Shown: in pieces, positions 29,815 to 39,187 of the stretch
Position numbering within the stretch: the stretch's first letter is position 1
Layout: every line of letters begins with the position of its first letter
Assembly: GCA_046313635.1 (NCBI GenBank)
Contig: JBKBYA010000002.1
Coordinates: 384,001-448,000 of the forward strand
Source: Pyrinomonadaceae bacterium
GTDB lineage: Bacteria; Acidobacteriota; Blastocatellia; Pyrinomonadales; Pyrinomonadaceae
Direction: 5' to 3'
DNA length: 64,000 bases
Notes under the pieces: generated by a model
What the model was told of the DNA's origin: nothing
What the model saw: the letters and a program-made list of their open reading frames with translations, nothing else
Databases searched by the model: none
Translations under genes and position numbers: made by a program

Positions 29815-31011
29815 ATGCCGACCCTTTACTTTGACTGCTTTGCAGGCGCGAGCGGCAACATGATCCTTGCCGCGTTGATCTCTCTGGGCGTCGATGCCGC
29901 GGAGCTCGAGGCCGAGCTTCGTAAATTGAACATCGGTGAATTCGCACTTGAGCTGTCGCAGGTCGACCGTTCAGGTATCAATTCACTTCACGTGGAAATT
30001 AAAGTTCCGCACGAGCACGCCCACCGTCACCTTTCCGATATCCAAAAGATCATCGAAGCTTCCGACCTCAAGCAGAGCGTAAAGGAGCGAGCCGTGCGTA
30101 TCTTCACGCGTCTCGCCGAGGCCGAGGCGCGCGTGCACGGCATCGATGTGGGAAAGGTGCACTTTCACGAGGTCGGGGCAATGGACGCGATCGTCGATAT
30201 CGTCGGCGCGTGCATCGCATTTGAGATGCTCGGGGTCGAGCGGTTTGTCTCTTCGCGGATCAACGTCGGGAGCGGGTTTGTGAAGATGGCACACGGGAAT
30301 TTTCCCGTGCCGCCGCCCGCGGTCGCCGAGCTGCTCAAAGAGGCTCCGATCTATTCGGCGCAGGTCGAGGGCGAACTGACGACGCCGACCGGAGCGGCGA
30401 TCATCTCGACGGTGTGCGACGAATTTGGCGAGCTCCCCGACCTCAAGGTCGCGGCCGTCGGTTACGGCGCGGGGACGCGGGAGTACAAGGACTTTCCGAA
30501 CGTGATCCGGCTGATGCTCGGCGAGGCGGCGGGCACGTCGAGGTCGGGCCAGATTGTCGAGACGCTCGTGCAGATTGAGACGAATGTCGACGACGCGACG
30601 CCGCAGATACTGGGTTTTGTGATGGAGCGGGCGTTCGAGATCGGAGCTCTCGACTGCTGGTTCACGCCGATCCAGATGAAAAAGAACCGTCCGGCGAGCA
30701 TGATCTCGATACTGTGCGATGAGGCAAAGGCAGACGAACTTAAAGAATTGCTTTACCGCGAGACGACGACGCTCGGCGTTCGCGTGCTGCGGGTCGAGCG
30801 TGAGTGCCTGCCGCGTGAGGTCGTCCGCGTCGAGACCTCGCTTGGCTCCGTCGATGTCAAGATCGCTCGTTTAAGCGGCGAGATAGTTAACGCGATGCCC
30901 GAGTACGATCAGGTCAAATCCCTGGCGCGCAATAATGAACTCTCTTTCAGCGATGCTCGAAGGCTGGTGCTCGACGAAATGAACCGCCGCGGTCTCACCG
31001 CGAAGGCCTAA
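29815..31011 (+). CDS. larC: Nickel pincer cofactor biosynthesis protein LarC
   Basis: YFDCFAGASGNM, HEHAHRH, HFHEVGAMDAIVD, ELTTPTGAA, MKKNRP, ETTTLGVR. Confidence 0.93.
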   Translation: MPTLYFDCFAGASGNMILAALISLGVDAAELEAELRKLNIGEFALELSQVDRSGINSLHVEIKVPHEHAHRHLSDIQKIIEASDLKQSVKERAVRIFTRLAEAEARVHGIDVGKVHFHEVGAMDAIVDIVGACIAFEMLGVERFVSSRINVGSGFVKMAHGNFPVPPPAVAELLKEAPIYSAQVEGELTTPTGAAIISTVCDEFGELPDLKVAAVGYGAGTREYKDFPNVIRLMLGEAAGTSRSGQIVETLVQIETNVDDATPQILGFVMERAFEIGALDCWFTPIQMKKNRPASMISILCDEAKADELKELLYRETTTLGVRVLRVERECLPREVVRVETSLGSVDVKIARLSGEIVNAMPEYDQVKSLARNNELSFSDARRLVLDEMNRRGLTAKA

Positions 31012-31023
31012 TCTGAATTTTCT

Positions 31024-31602
31024 ATGGACAAATCTTCGAACAACGTAGATCTCGACAAGATCGCCCAAGGCATACGTCTCGTGCTCGAAGGCATCGGCGA
31101 GGACCCCGACCGTGACGGGCTGCAAAAGACGCCGGAGCGCGTCGCCGACTTTTACGCCGAGCTGACGGCCGGAATGTGGGAAGACGCTTCGGAACATATC
31201 GTGCCGCTGCCGGGCGACACGCACGACGAGATGGTGCTGGTAAAGGATATCTCGATCGCTTCGGTCTGCGAGCATCATCTAGCGCCATTCGTGGGCAAAT
31301 GCCATATCGCGTACATTCCAAAGGGCGGCCGCATCGTCGGGCTGTCAAAGCTCGCGCGGATCGCCGAGATATTTTCGCGGCGGCTGCAGGTGCAGGAGCG
31401 TCTGACCCAGCAGATCGCGCAGACGCTGTTTGAGCGGCTCGACCCGCTCGGCGTGATGGTCGTCGTCGAGGCCGAGCACACGTGCATGACGCTGCGCGGC
31501 GTGAAGAAGCCGGGAGCGATGACGATCACGTCGGCCGTGCTCGGCGGATTTCGCCGCGACCCTCGAACGCGTGCCGAGGCGATGGCGCTGATCAAGGGCT
31601 GA
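31024..31602 (+). CDS. folE: GTP cyclohydrolase I
   Basis: TPERVA, CEHHLAPF, GLSKLAR, LQVQERLT, HTCMTLRG. Confidence 0.96.
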   Translation: MDKSSNNVDLDKIAQGIRLVLEGIGEDPDRDGLQKTPERVADFYAELTAGMWEDASEHIVPLPGDTHDEMVLVKDISIASVCEHHLAPFVGKCHIAYIPKGGRIVGLSKLARIAEIFSRRLQVQERLTQQIAQTLFERLDPLGVMVVVEAEHTCMTLRGVKKPGAMTITSAVLGGFRRDPRTRAEAMALIKG

Positions 31603-31683
31603 TCGGCCGGCGGATCGATCGCTTGGGAATTGAAGCAAAGCCTGAGCTGTCTCATTGCAGACCTGTCTCGTATCACTTTAGCT

Positions 31684-33339
31684 ATGAAGAAACTTGCCGT
31701 TTTTGCACTGCTTTTTGTCATAAACCTCACGCCGCTCGCGGCGCAGGACCTGACCGCGAAGTTCGACGCCGCAAAGCTCCGCGAGCGCGTCAAGCGGCTG
31801 TCGGCCGACGACTTTGAAGGCCGCGGCCCGGGGACCGAAGGCGGCCGCCGCGCGGCTCAGTACATCGCCGACCAGATGAGGTCGAGCGGCGTCGAGCCGG
31901 CAAATAAGGGCAGCTACTTTCAAAACGTAAAGCTCGTCGGCGTAAAGGCCGACCCGAATACGTCGCTCACCGTGACGGGAAAGTCGAAAGCGGAAAGCTA
32001 CAAGTTCGGCGACGAATTCGTCGCGACGACCGGCGCCCAAACCAGCGCCGTCTCGGTCGACGCCGACCTCGTCTTTGTCGGCTACGGCATCGACGCTCCG
32101 CTGTACAAATGGAACGACTACAAGGGCGACGCGGCCGATTATCGCGGCAAGGTCTTGATGATCATGGTCAACGATCCGCCCGCGACCGACGACGAGCCTG
32201 GGCTTTTTGGCGGCAAGGCGCTGACGTACTACGGCCGCTGGACCTACAAGTACGAAGAGGCCGCACGCAAAGGCGCCGCGGGCGTCATCCTGATCCACAC
32301 GGACGAGTCGGCCGGCTACGGCTGGAATGTCGTTCGCACGTCAAACGGCAACTGGCGATACGAGATAGCGCGCTCGGCGGGCGATGCGACGCCTTTCCTG
32401 CAGCTCAAATCGTGGGCGACGGACAAGGCCGCCAAAGAGATCCTCGACCAGGCGGGCCTCGATCTCGACGAGCTGCGAAAGGCGGCACGCAGCCGCGATT
32501 TCAAACCGGTTAATACTGGGCTCAAGGTAAAGATCGATCTCAAGAGCGAGACCAAGACTTTCGATTCGCCGAATGTCGTCGGGATGGTGCGCGGCAGCGA
32601 TGCGAGGCTGCGGAACGAATTTGTCGTTTACACCGCGCATTGGGATCACCTCGGCGTCGGCGAGCCGAATTCGAGCGGCGACCGCATCTACAACGGAGCG
32701 TACGACAACGCTTCGGGCGTTGCGACTGTGCTGGCGATCGCAGAGACGCTGGCCCGGATGCCGCAAAGGCAGAGACCCAAGCGGTCGTTCCTTTTTCTCT
32801 TTCCAACCGCCGAAGAGCAGGGCCTGCTCGGCGCCGAATATTACGCCCGGCACCCGCTCGTCCCGCTCAGCAGGACAGTCGCGAACGTCAATATCGACGG
32901 CGTGAATTTCTTTGGCAAGGTGAGCGATATGATGCCGCTCGGAGCCGACCGTTCGACGCTGATGGCGCCGATCAAGGCTGCGGCCGACGAACGCGGGCTC
33001 ACCCTCGAGGGCGACGCACGGCCCGAGCAGGGATTCTTTTTCCGCTCGGACCACTTTCCTTTTGCAAAGGTCGGCGTGCCCGCGGTGTCGCTGCAGCACG
33101 GCGACAGCTTTATCGAGCCGCTCAAGGGCGAGGCGGCGAGCTTTTTCAAGGACTACAACGCGAAGTACTACCACCAGGCGACCGACGAGTATCACGACTG
33201 GTGGGACATTTCGGCAATGGTGCAGGAGGCCGAATTCGCGCTCGCGATCGGAATGCGGATCGCCAACGACCGCGTGCGGCCGCGATATAACGAGACAGAC
33301 GAATTCTCGGCGGCCGACCGGGCGAGATTCAAAAAGTAG
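31684..33339 (+). CDS. M28 family aminopeptidase with PA domain, secreted
   Basis: Signal peptide; AHWDHLG, GAYDNASG, AEEQGLLG, RSDHFPF, YHQATD. Confidence 0.92.
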   Translation: MKKLAVFALLFVINLTPLAAQDLTAKFDAAKLRERVKRLSADDFEGRGPGTEGGRRAAQYIADQMRSSGVEPANKGSYFQNVKLVGVKADPNTSLTVTGKSKAESYKFGDEFVATTGAQTSAVSVDADLVFVGYGIDAPLYKWNDYKGDAADYRGKVLMIMVNDPPATDDEPGLFGGKALTYYGRWTYKYEEAARKGAAGVILIHTDESAGYGWNVVRTSNGNWRYEIARSAGDATPFLQLKSWATDKAAKEILDQAGLDLDELRKAARSRDFKPVNTGLKVKIDLKSETKTFDSPNVVGMVRGSDARLRNEFVVYTAHWDHLGVGEPNSSGDRIYNGAYDNASGVATVLAIAETLARMPQRQRPKRSFLFLFPTAEEQGLLGAEYYARHPLVPLSRTVANVNIDGVNFFGKVSDMMPLGADRSTLMAPIKAAADERGLTLEGDARPEQGFFFRSDHFPFAKVGVPAVSLQHGDSFIEPLKGEAASFFKDYNAKYYHQATDEYHDWWDISAMVQEAEFALAIGMRIANDRVRPRYNETDEFSAADRARFKK

Positions 33340-33408
33340 GATCGCCGCAGCCGAAAAGTGTAGTCGTGGATAAAATCGAAGGTCCACGCTACACTTTTAT
33401 CTTTTGAA

Positions 33409-35514
33409 ATGAAGACCTTTTACGTCACAACTCCGATCTATTACGCCAACAGCCTGCCGCACCTCGGCCATCTCTACACGACGATCGTGGCCGACGCGAT
33501 CCAGCGTTACAAAAAGCAGCGCGGCTTTGAGACGTATTTCCTGACCGGAACCGACGAGCACGGCATCAACATCCAGCGGGCGGCGGAGAAGAACGGCCGC
33601 ACGCCAAAAGAACAGGTCGATTTTATCTCGGGCGAGCTGAAGCGGATGTTTCGCGACTTTGGCCTCGACGGCGAGCACGGCGGCTACGACATTTTTATGC
33701 GGACGACCGAGCCGTTTCATTACGAGGGTGTGCAGCACCTCTGGCGTGAGATCGCAAAGAGCAAGACGCCGAAAGGCAACGACCCGATCTACAAAGGTTT
33801 TTACGAAGGCTGGTTTTGCGCTCCGTGTGCCGCGTACAAGACCGAGGACGAGTATTACACCGCCGAGGGCTCCGACGTGCCGCTCTGCAAGATACACGAG
33901 CGGCCGCTCGACCGAGTGAACGAGGAAAGTTACTTCTTCAGGCTGTCGGATTACGACGAGTTTCTGATCGATACGATCGAACGCGACGCGTCGCTCGTGC
34001 GGCCCGAAGCTCGACGCAACGAGGTGCTGTCGTTCGTCAAGCGCGGCCTTCAGGATCTGTCGATCAGCAGGCTGCGTTCGTCGGTCGCCTGGGGCGTGCC
34101 GGTGCCCGACGACGACGATCACGTGATGTACGTGTGGCTCGACGCGCTGTCGAATTACGTTACCGCGATCGGCTACGGCAATACTGAGCGGGCCGGTATC
34201 GGCTTTGAAAAATACTGGCCAACGGCAGTGCATCTCGTCGGCAAGGACATTTTGCGGTTTCATACCGTGTACTGGTTCTCGTTTTTGCACGCGGCGGGCC
34301 TGTCGCTCCCCAAGACCGTCTTTGCCCACGGAATGTGGCTCGACGCCGACGGGCGCAAGATGGGCAAGACGATCGGCAACGTGATCGAGGTCGATGTGCT
34401 GCACCGTCACTTTCAGGTCGACGCGGTCAGATATTTTGTGCTGCGCGAGATGGTTTTTGGGCAGGACGGGAAGTTCGGCTACGAGACGCTGATCGACCGC
34501 GCAAACTCTGACCTCGCCAGCGGCCTCGGCAATCTCGCCGCGCGCACGCTGTCGATGATCACAAAGTATCGCGACGGCCGCGTGCCCGACGGCAAGATCG
34601 CCGAGGAGAATTACATTCACGCGCGGCGGGCCGGAGTCGACCCGGACGGGCAGGAGATCGTCTCGGTGATCGGCCACGCGCGGGATGCGTTTATCAGGCA
34701 TTTTGATAATTTCGAATTCAGCCAGGCGTTAGAGGTCGCGTGGACCGTGATCGCCCGGGTCGACAAGCTGATCTCGGACGCGAAGCCCTGGGGGCTCATC
34801 AAGGACGAAAAGCAGAGCGAGACGCTGAACGCCGTTCTATACCGCGCATCCGAGACGCTTCGCTGGCTCGCCGTGATGCTCTATCCGGTGATGCCGGCGT
34901 CGGCTCAGGAGATCTGGAGCCAGCTCGGACTCGCGGGCAAGGCCGCTGATGTCGACCCGGCGACGCTCGCGTGGGGCGAGCTTGCCGCGGGCACCGCGAT
35001 CGGCGAATCGAAGGCAGTTTTCCCGCGCCTCGACAAAAACAAGATTATGAGTGAGATAAAGCAAGACGCTGAGACGCAAAGAGAGGGCGAAGCGCCGACC
35101 CAAAGTGCGGGCGACGCAGCGCCGGCCGTTGCGACAGATGCGAACAACGAACAACGAACAACGAGCGAAGAAACCGACTTCATCACCATCGACGACTTTT
35201 TGAAGGTCGAACTTCGCGTCGGCGAGATCAAGGCCGCCGAGCGGATACCCAAGGCCGACAAGCTGCTCCGCTTCGAGATCGACCTCGGCGAAGAAAAGCC
35301 GCGGCAGATACTCGCCGGCCTGGCCGAATACTACGAGCCCGAAAAGCTCATCGGCCGCAAGGTCGTCGTCGTCGCCAATCTCAAACCCCGCAAGATGCGC
35401 GGGCTTGAATCGCAGGGCATGATCTGCGCCGCGTCGCTCGAGGACGGCACCGGCGAAAAGCCTGCGATCGCGACCTTCATCGAGAATGTGGATATCGGCG
35501 CCCGTCTGAAATAG
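33409..35514 (+). CDS. metG: Methionine--tRNA ligase with C-terminal tRNA-binding domain
   Basis: TTPIYY, HLGH, GTDEHG, YVWLDAL, KMGKT, ANLKPRKMRGLESQGM. Confidence 0.97.
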   Translation: MKTFYVTTPIYYANSLPHLGHLYTTIVADAIQRYKKQRGFETYFLTGTDEHGINIQRAAEKNGRTPKEQVDFISGELKRMFRDFGLDGEHGGYDIFMRTTEPFHYEGVQHLWREIAKSKTPKGNDPIYKGFYEGWFCAPCAAYKTEDEYYTAEGSDVPLCKIHERPLDRVNEESYFFRLSDYDEFLIDTIERDASLVRPEARRNEVLSFVKRGLQDLSISRLRSSVAWGVPVPDDDDHVMYVWLDALSNYVTAIGYGNTERAGIGFEKYWPTAVHLVGKDILRFHTVYWFSFLHAAGLSLPKTVFAHGMWLDADGRKMGKTIGNVIEVDVLHRHFQVDAVRYFVLREMVFGQDGKFGYETLIDRANSDLASGLGNLAARTLSMITKYRDGRVPDGKIAEENYIHARRAGVDPDGQEIVSVIGHARDAFIRHFDNFEFSQALEVAWTVIARVDKLISDAKPWGLIKDEKQSETLNAVLYRASETLRWLAVMLYPVMPASAQEIWSQLGLAGKAADVDPATLAWGELAAGTAIGESKAVFPRLDKNKIMSEIKQDAETQREGEAPTQSAGDAAPAVATDANNEQRTTSEETDFITIDDFLKVELRVGEIKAAERIPKADKLLRFEIDLGEEKPRQILAGLAEYYEPEKLIGRKVVVVANLKPRKMRGLESQGMICAASLEDGTGEKPAIATFIENVDIGARLK

Positions 35515-35523
35515 GTGTAAGCG

Positions 35524-35809
35524 TTGCTCAAAGAGATTCGAGTGGGACGAGAGGAAAGCCTCTGCTAACGTCCAGAAACATGACGTCAGCTTTGAAGAGG
35601 CCGAAACGGTCTTTGGCGACCCTCTCGCCAGAATATTCGAGGACGACATCCACTCGATCGGCGAGCGGCGGCACGCCATCTTTGGCCATTCCGCTCAGGG
35701 CCGACTGCTTCTGGTGAGTTACGCCGAGCCTGGAAATGATATTATTCGAATCATCAGCGCTCGGGCCGCAACGCCGAAAGAACGGCGGCAATATGCAAAT
35801 AGAACTTGA
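35524..35809 (+). pseudogene. brnT: BrnT-family toxin (DUF497), frameshifted near the start
   Basis: Frame from 35534 reads RFEWDERKASANVQKHDVSFEEAETVFGDP...IRIISARAATPKERRQY and has no in-frame ATG/GTG/TTG upstream; TTG at 35524 with an AGGTG RBS is one base out of frame. Confidence 0.8.
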
Positions 35810-36017
35810 CGAGAACGAAGATCTGCAGCCGGAATACGATCTGGATTTCACCAAGTCCAGACCGAACTGCTTCGCCGACGAATATCGAAAGATGGTGCGC
35901 CGCGTTGGTCTCGAGCCCGACCTTGCCGAGGCCTTCCCGACCGACGAGTCGGTCAACGAAGCACTTCGCGACTACATCCGAATCTCGCGCGAAAAACCGG
36001 AATTACCTACCAGATAG
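35793..36017 (+). CDS. Putative antitoxin of the BrnT pair (BrnA/CopG-like)
   Basis: Overlaps the toxin end; DLQPEYDLDF...LEPDLAEAFPTDESVNEALR pattern. Confidence 0.75.
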   Translation: MQIELDENEDLQPEYDLDFTKSRPNCFADEYRKMVRRVGLEPDLAEAFPTDESVNEALRDYIRISREKPELPTR

Positions 36018-36817
36018 TGTTAGTCGATTCTCACTGCCACATTGACGGCGAGCAGTTTGACGCCGATCGCGACGAGGTTGTCGCTCGGGCAAAGGATGCC
36101 GGAGTGGTCGCGATGCTGAATGTCGGCACGGGCGACCCGCACTCGGACGATCTTAGAAACGCGGTCGCGGTCGCCGAAAAGTACGACGGCGTATATGCGA
36201 GCGTCGGCGTGCACCCGCACGATGCTAAGCTTTACGACGACGCGGCCGAGGCTCACCTTGTCGAACTCGTGCGGTCGTCGAAAAAGGTGATCGCGTGGGG
36301 CGAGATCGGGCTCGATTTTTATTACGACCACAGCCCGCGTGACGTGCAGGTAGATGTCTTTCGCCGGCAGATCCGCAAGGCACGCGAGCTCGATCTGCCG
36401 ATCATCATTCACAGCCGCGACGCGGACGACGAGACGGTGCGGGTCTTGAAGGAGGAATGCTCGCGTGACGATTTTCGCGGCGGCATCATGCATTGCTTTG
36501 GCGGGTCGGCAGCGATGGCGAGAGAGATACTCGAGCTGAATTTCCTGATCTCATTCGCCGGGAATGTGACCTTCAAAAAGGCGGAGAATTTGAGAGACGC
36601 CGCGCGCGCGGTCCCGCTCGACCGGATGCTCATCGAGACCGATTGCCCGTTCCTGACTCCGGTGCCCTTTCGGGGCAAGCGCAACGAGCCGGCGTACGTC
36701 GAGCACACGGCGCGGTTTCTAGCTGAGCTGCTCGCGGTCGATGCGGAAGATCTCGCTCGGCGGACGACCGCGAATTTTTTCGAGTTCTTCAAATTGGAAA
36801 ACAGACTCGCGGCCTGA
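36017..36817 (+). CDS. tatD: TatD family DNase
   Basis: DSHCH, GVHPH, GEIGLD, IHSRDA, HCF, ETDCPF. Confidence 0.95.
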   Translation: MLVDSHCHIDGEQFDADRDEVVARAKDAGVVAMLNVGTGDPHSDDLRNAVAVAEKYDGVYASVGVHPHDAKLYDDAAEAHLVELVRSSKKVIAWGEIGLDFYYDHSPRDVQVDVFRRQIRKARELDLPIIIHSRDADDETVRVLKEECSRDDFRGGIMHCFGGSAAMAREILELNFLISFAGNVTFKKAENLRDAARAVPLDRMLIETDCPFLTPVPFRGKRNEPAYVEHTARFLAELLAVDAEDLARRTTANFFEFFKLENRLAA

Positions 36818-36857
36818 CCAGATCAGCACGGCCGCGCGTGCTAACATCTACGACGCA

Positions 36858-37355
36858 ATGGCAAAGGAAAATTCATTCGACATCGTTTCAAAGACCGACT
36901 ACGCCGAGGTTACGAATGCGATCAATCAGACGACCAAAGAGGTCTCGCAGCGCTTCGATTTCAAGGGCAGCAGCGCAAAGGTCGAGCTCGTCGGCAAAGA
37001 CCTGATCCTCTCGGCGGAGGACGAGACGAAGCTCCGCAACGTCAACGACATCCTGCAGAGCAAGCTCGTCAAACGCGGCGTCTCGCTCAAGGCGCTCGAT
37101 TATCAAAAGGTCGAGCCCGCGGCCGGCGGCACCGTGCGGCAGACGGTCAAGATCCAGCAGGGAATTCCGGGCGACAAGGCCAAAGAGGTCGTAAAGGCGA
37201 TCAAGGACTCAAAGCTCAAGGTGCAGGCTTCGATCCAGGGCGAGACCGTGCGCGTCTCGGGCAAAGACCGCGACACTCTCCAGGAAGTGATCTCGCTGCT
37301 GAAAGCCAAGGATTTCGGCATCGATATGCAGTTCGACAACTACCGCTCAAACTGA
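36858..37355 (+). CDS. yajQ: YajQ family nucleotide/c-di-GMP-binding protein
   Basis: SFDIVS, RFDFKG, IQGETVRVSGK, FDNYR. Confidence 0.95.
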   Translation: MAKENSFDIVSKTDYAEVTNAINQTTKEVSQRFDFKGSSAKVELVGKDLILSAEDETKLRNVNDILQSKLVKRGVSLKALDYQKVEPAAGGTVRQTVKIQQGIPGDKAKEVVKAIKDSKLKVQASIQGETVRVSGKDRDTLQEVISLLKAKDFGIDMQFDNYRSN

Positions 37356-37362
37356 TCGTCAG

Positions 37363-38382
37363 ATGCAGAGATTCGCACCAGCAAGAGAAAGCATCTTTCC
37401 CGAGGCGGTGGCCCGCCGCGTATTCAAGTTGATCAGCGATGAAATGTCGGCGGTCGAGGACGAGTACGAGCGGCAGGTGCATTCCAATATTCAGGTGATC
37501 AGCTATCTTGGCGACTACTTGCGGGCCTCGGGCGGCAAGCGCGTGCGCCCCGCGCTGCTGATCCTCGCAAACTATGCCGCCGGCGGTCGCGGATCGGACG
37601 ACAACGTCATTCGTCTGGCGACGGTGATGGAGATGCTCCACACGGCGACGCTCGTGCACGACGACATCATCGACAACGCCGATACTCGGCGCAGCCGTCC
37701 GTCGGTAAATGCGAGATTCGGCAATCAGGCCGCGGTGCTGATGGGCGACTGGCTGTATATGTCGGCCTTTGAGACCTCGCTCCGCGAAAGGTCGCTGCAG
37801 ATACTCGACATTCTCACGACCTTGACGCGCAAGATGACCGAGGGCGAGCTTTTGCAGCTGACGATGCTGGGGCGGTCAGACGTGACGCAGGCCGAGTACT
37901 TCGACGTGCTGCAGCGTAAGACGGCGTATCTATTTTCGGCGTGTGCAGAGATCGGGGCCATACTCGCGAGGGCCGACCAGCAGCGGCAGCGGGCATTGCG
38001 CGATTACGGTATGAATCTTGGGATCTCGTTTCAGCTTGCCGACGACCTGCTCGACCTCACATCCGACGCGACGGCCCTCGGCAAGGCCGCCGGCGCCGAC
38101 CTCGTCGAAGGCAAGGTCACGCTGCCTCTCATACTGCTCCGTGAACGGCAGCCGTCCATCAAGTCAGACATCGAGCATGTGATGGAATGCGGACTCTTTG
38201 AAGGGGCGTCGAGAAACCGCATAAACGAATCTCTTGTCGAGCACGGAATAATTGACGAGGTACGTGAACTCGCGTACGACTTTGCGGCCAAAGCCGGGAA
38301 AAATCTTGATGTTTTACACGAATCGGAGTATCGTACTGCACTGGGCGATATCCCTTATTTTGTGGTCGAAAGAAACCGCTGA
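37363..38382 (+). CDS. Polyprenyl diphosphate synthase (IspB/HepT-like)
   Basis: GGKRVRP, HDDIID (FARM), KTA, FQLADDLLD (SARM). Confidence 0.93.
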   Translation: MQRFAPARESIFPEAVARRVFKLISDEMSAVEDEYERQVHSNIQVISYLGDYLRASGGKRVRPALLILANYAAGGRGSDDNVIRLATVMEMLHTATLVHDDIIDNADTRRSRPSVNARFGNQAAVLMGDWLYMSAFETSLRERSLQILDILTTLTRKMTEGELLQLTMLGRSDVTQAEYFDVLQRKTAYLFSACAEIGAILARADQQRQRALRDYGMNLGISFQLADDLLDLTSDATALGKAAGADLVEGKVTLPLILLRERQPSIKSDIEHVMECGLFEGASRNRINESLVEHGIIDEVRELAYDFAAKAGKNLDVLHESEYRTALGDIPYFVVERNR

Positions 38383-38434
38383 TACGTCAATAAAGCTGCA
38401 TACGCCCTGACCTTCGCAAGCCCGCATCTAAGCT

Positions 38435-39064
38435 ATGTTGGACGAAAACCTTATAGCGACACTTGAGCAAAGCCTCCGGCAGACTCGCAACGCACAGAAC
38501 CGTCTGATGGCAAGGCTGCGCGAAGTGGAGAATGAGGCCGAACACCTGCGTCAGGAGATCGAGGCCCTCGAGAACAGCGCCGCGCAGACCGAGCAGGCGA
38601 TCGACAGTCTGCTTGTCACGATGCGCGCCGGCAGCCGTTCGCTCAATCTCGGTCGCACGCTGCGTATCGAGGACGAACTAGACGCTCCTGTCGAGCCGCG
38701 AAGGCCGGTAACGAATCATGGCCGCGGCCGCGGCACGGGTGGCGGGTATTCGCAGAGCGGATCGGTCAGCTACTTTAATCAGAATCGCAACGTCCCCTCG
38801 ATCTCGTCGCGGACCGAGCCGATCAGTCATCGCTTTAGCGACCGAACGATCACACAGGCCTGTACTCTCTTGCTCCGCGAGGCCGGCCGGCCGATGCACG
38901 TCAACGAACTTTACAATCTGCTTGTCGCCGGCGGAATGAAGTTCAAGGGCAACAATCCAACGATCTCGATCGCGGTCTCGCTTAACCGCAATCGTCGATT
39001 TCGCAAAGTGGATCCGGGAACTTTCGACCTCGTGATCCGCGAGGCCTCGCAGGCTGCTTCTTAA
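38435..39064 (+). CDS. Coiled-coil + winged-helix (HARE-HTH-like) protein
   Basis: N-terminal heptads; C-terminal ITQACTLLLREAGRPMHVNELYNLL...ISIAVSLNRNRRFRKVDPGTFDL. Confidence 0.7.
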   Translation: MLDENLIATLEQSLRQTRNAQNRLMARLREVENEAEHLRQEIEALENSAAQTEQAIDSLLVTMRAGSRSLNLGRTLRIEDELDAPVEPRRPVTNHGRGRGTGGGYSQSGSVSYFNQNRNVPSISSRTEPISHRFSDRTITQACTLLLREAGRPMHVNELYNLLVAGGMKFKGNNPTISIAVSLNRNRRFRKVDPGTFDLVIREASQAAS

Positions 39065-39187
39065 GCCGACATCACTGAACGATACGAGATTCAAAGGGCG
39101 TTCTTACCTTGTCTAAACAGTTAAAATGGGTAAGAATGCCCTAACTATTTTTAGTCGACCGGGCCGCCGGCGACCACCAAGAAAAGG

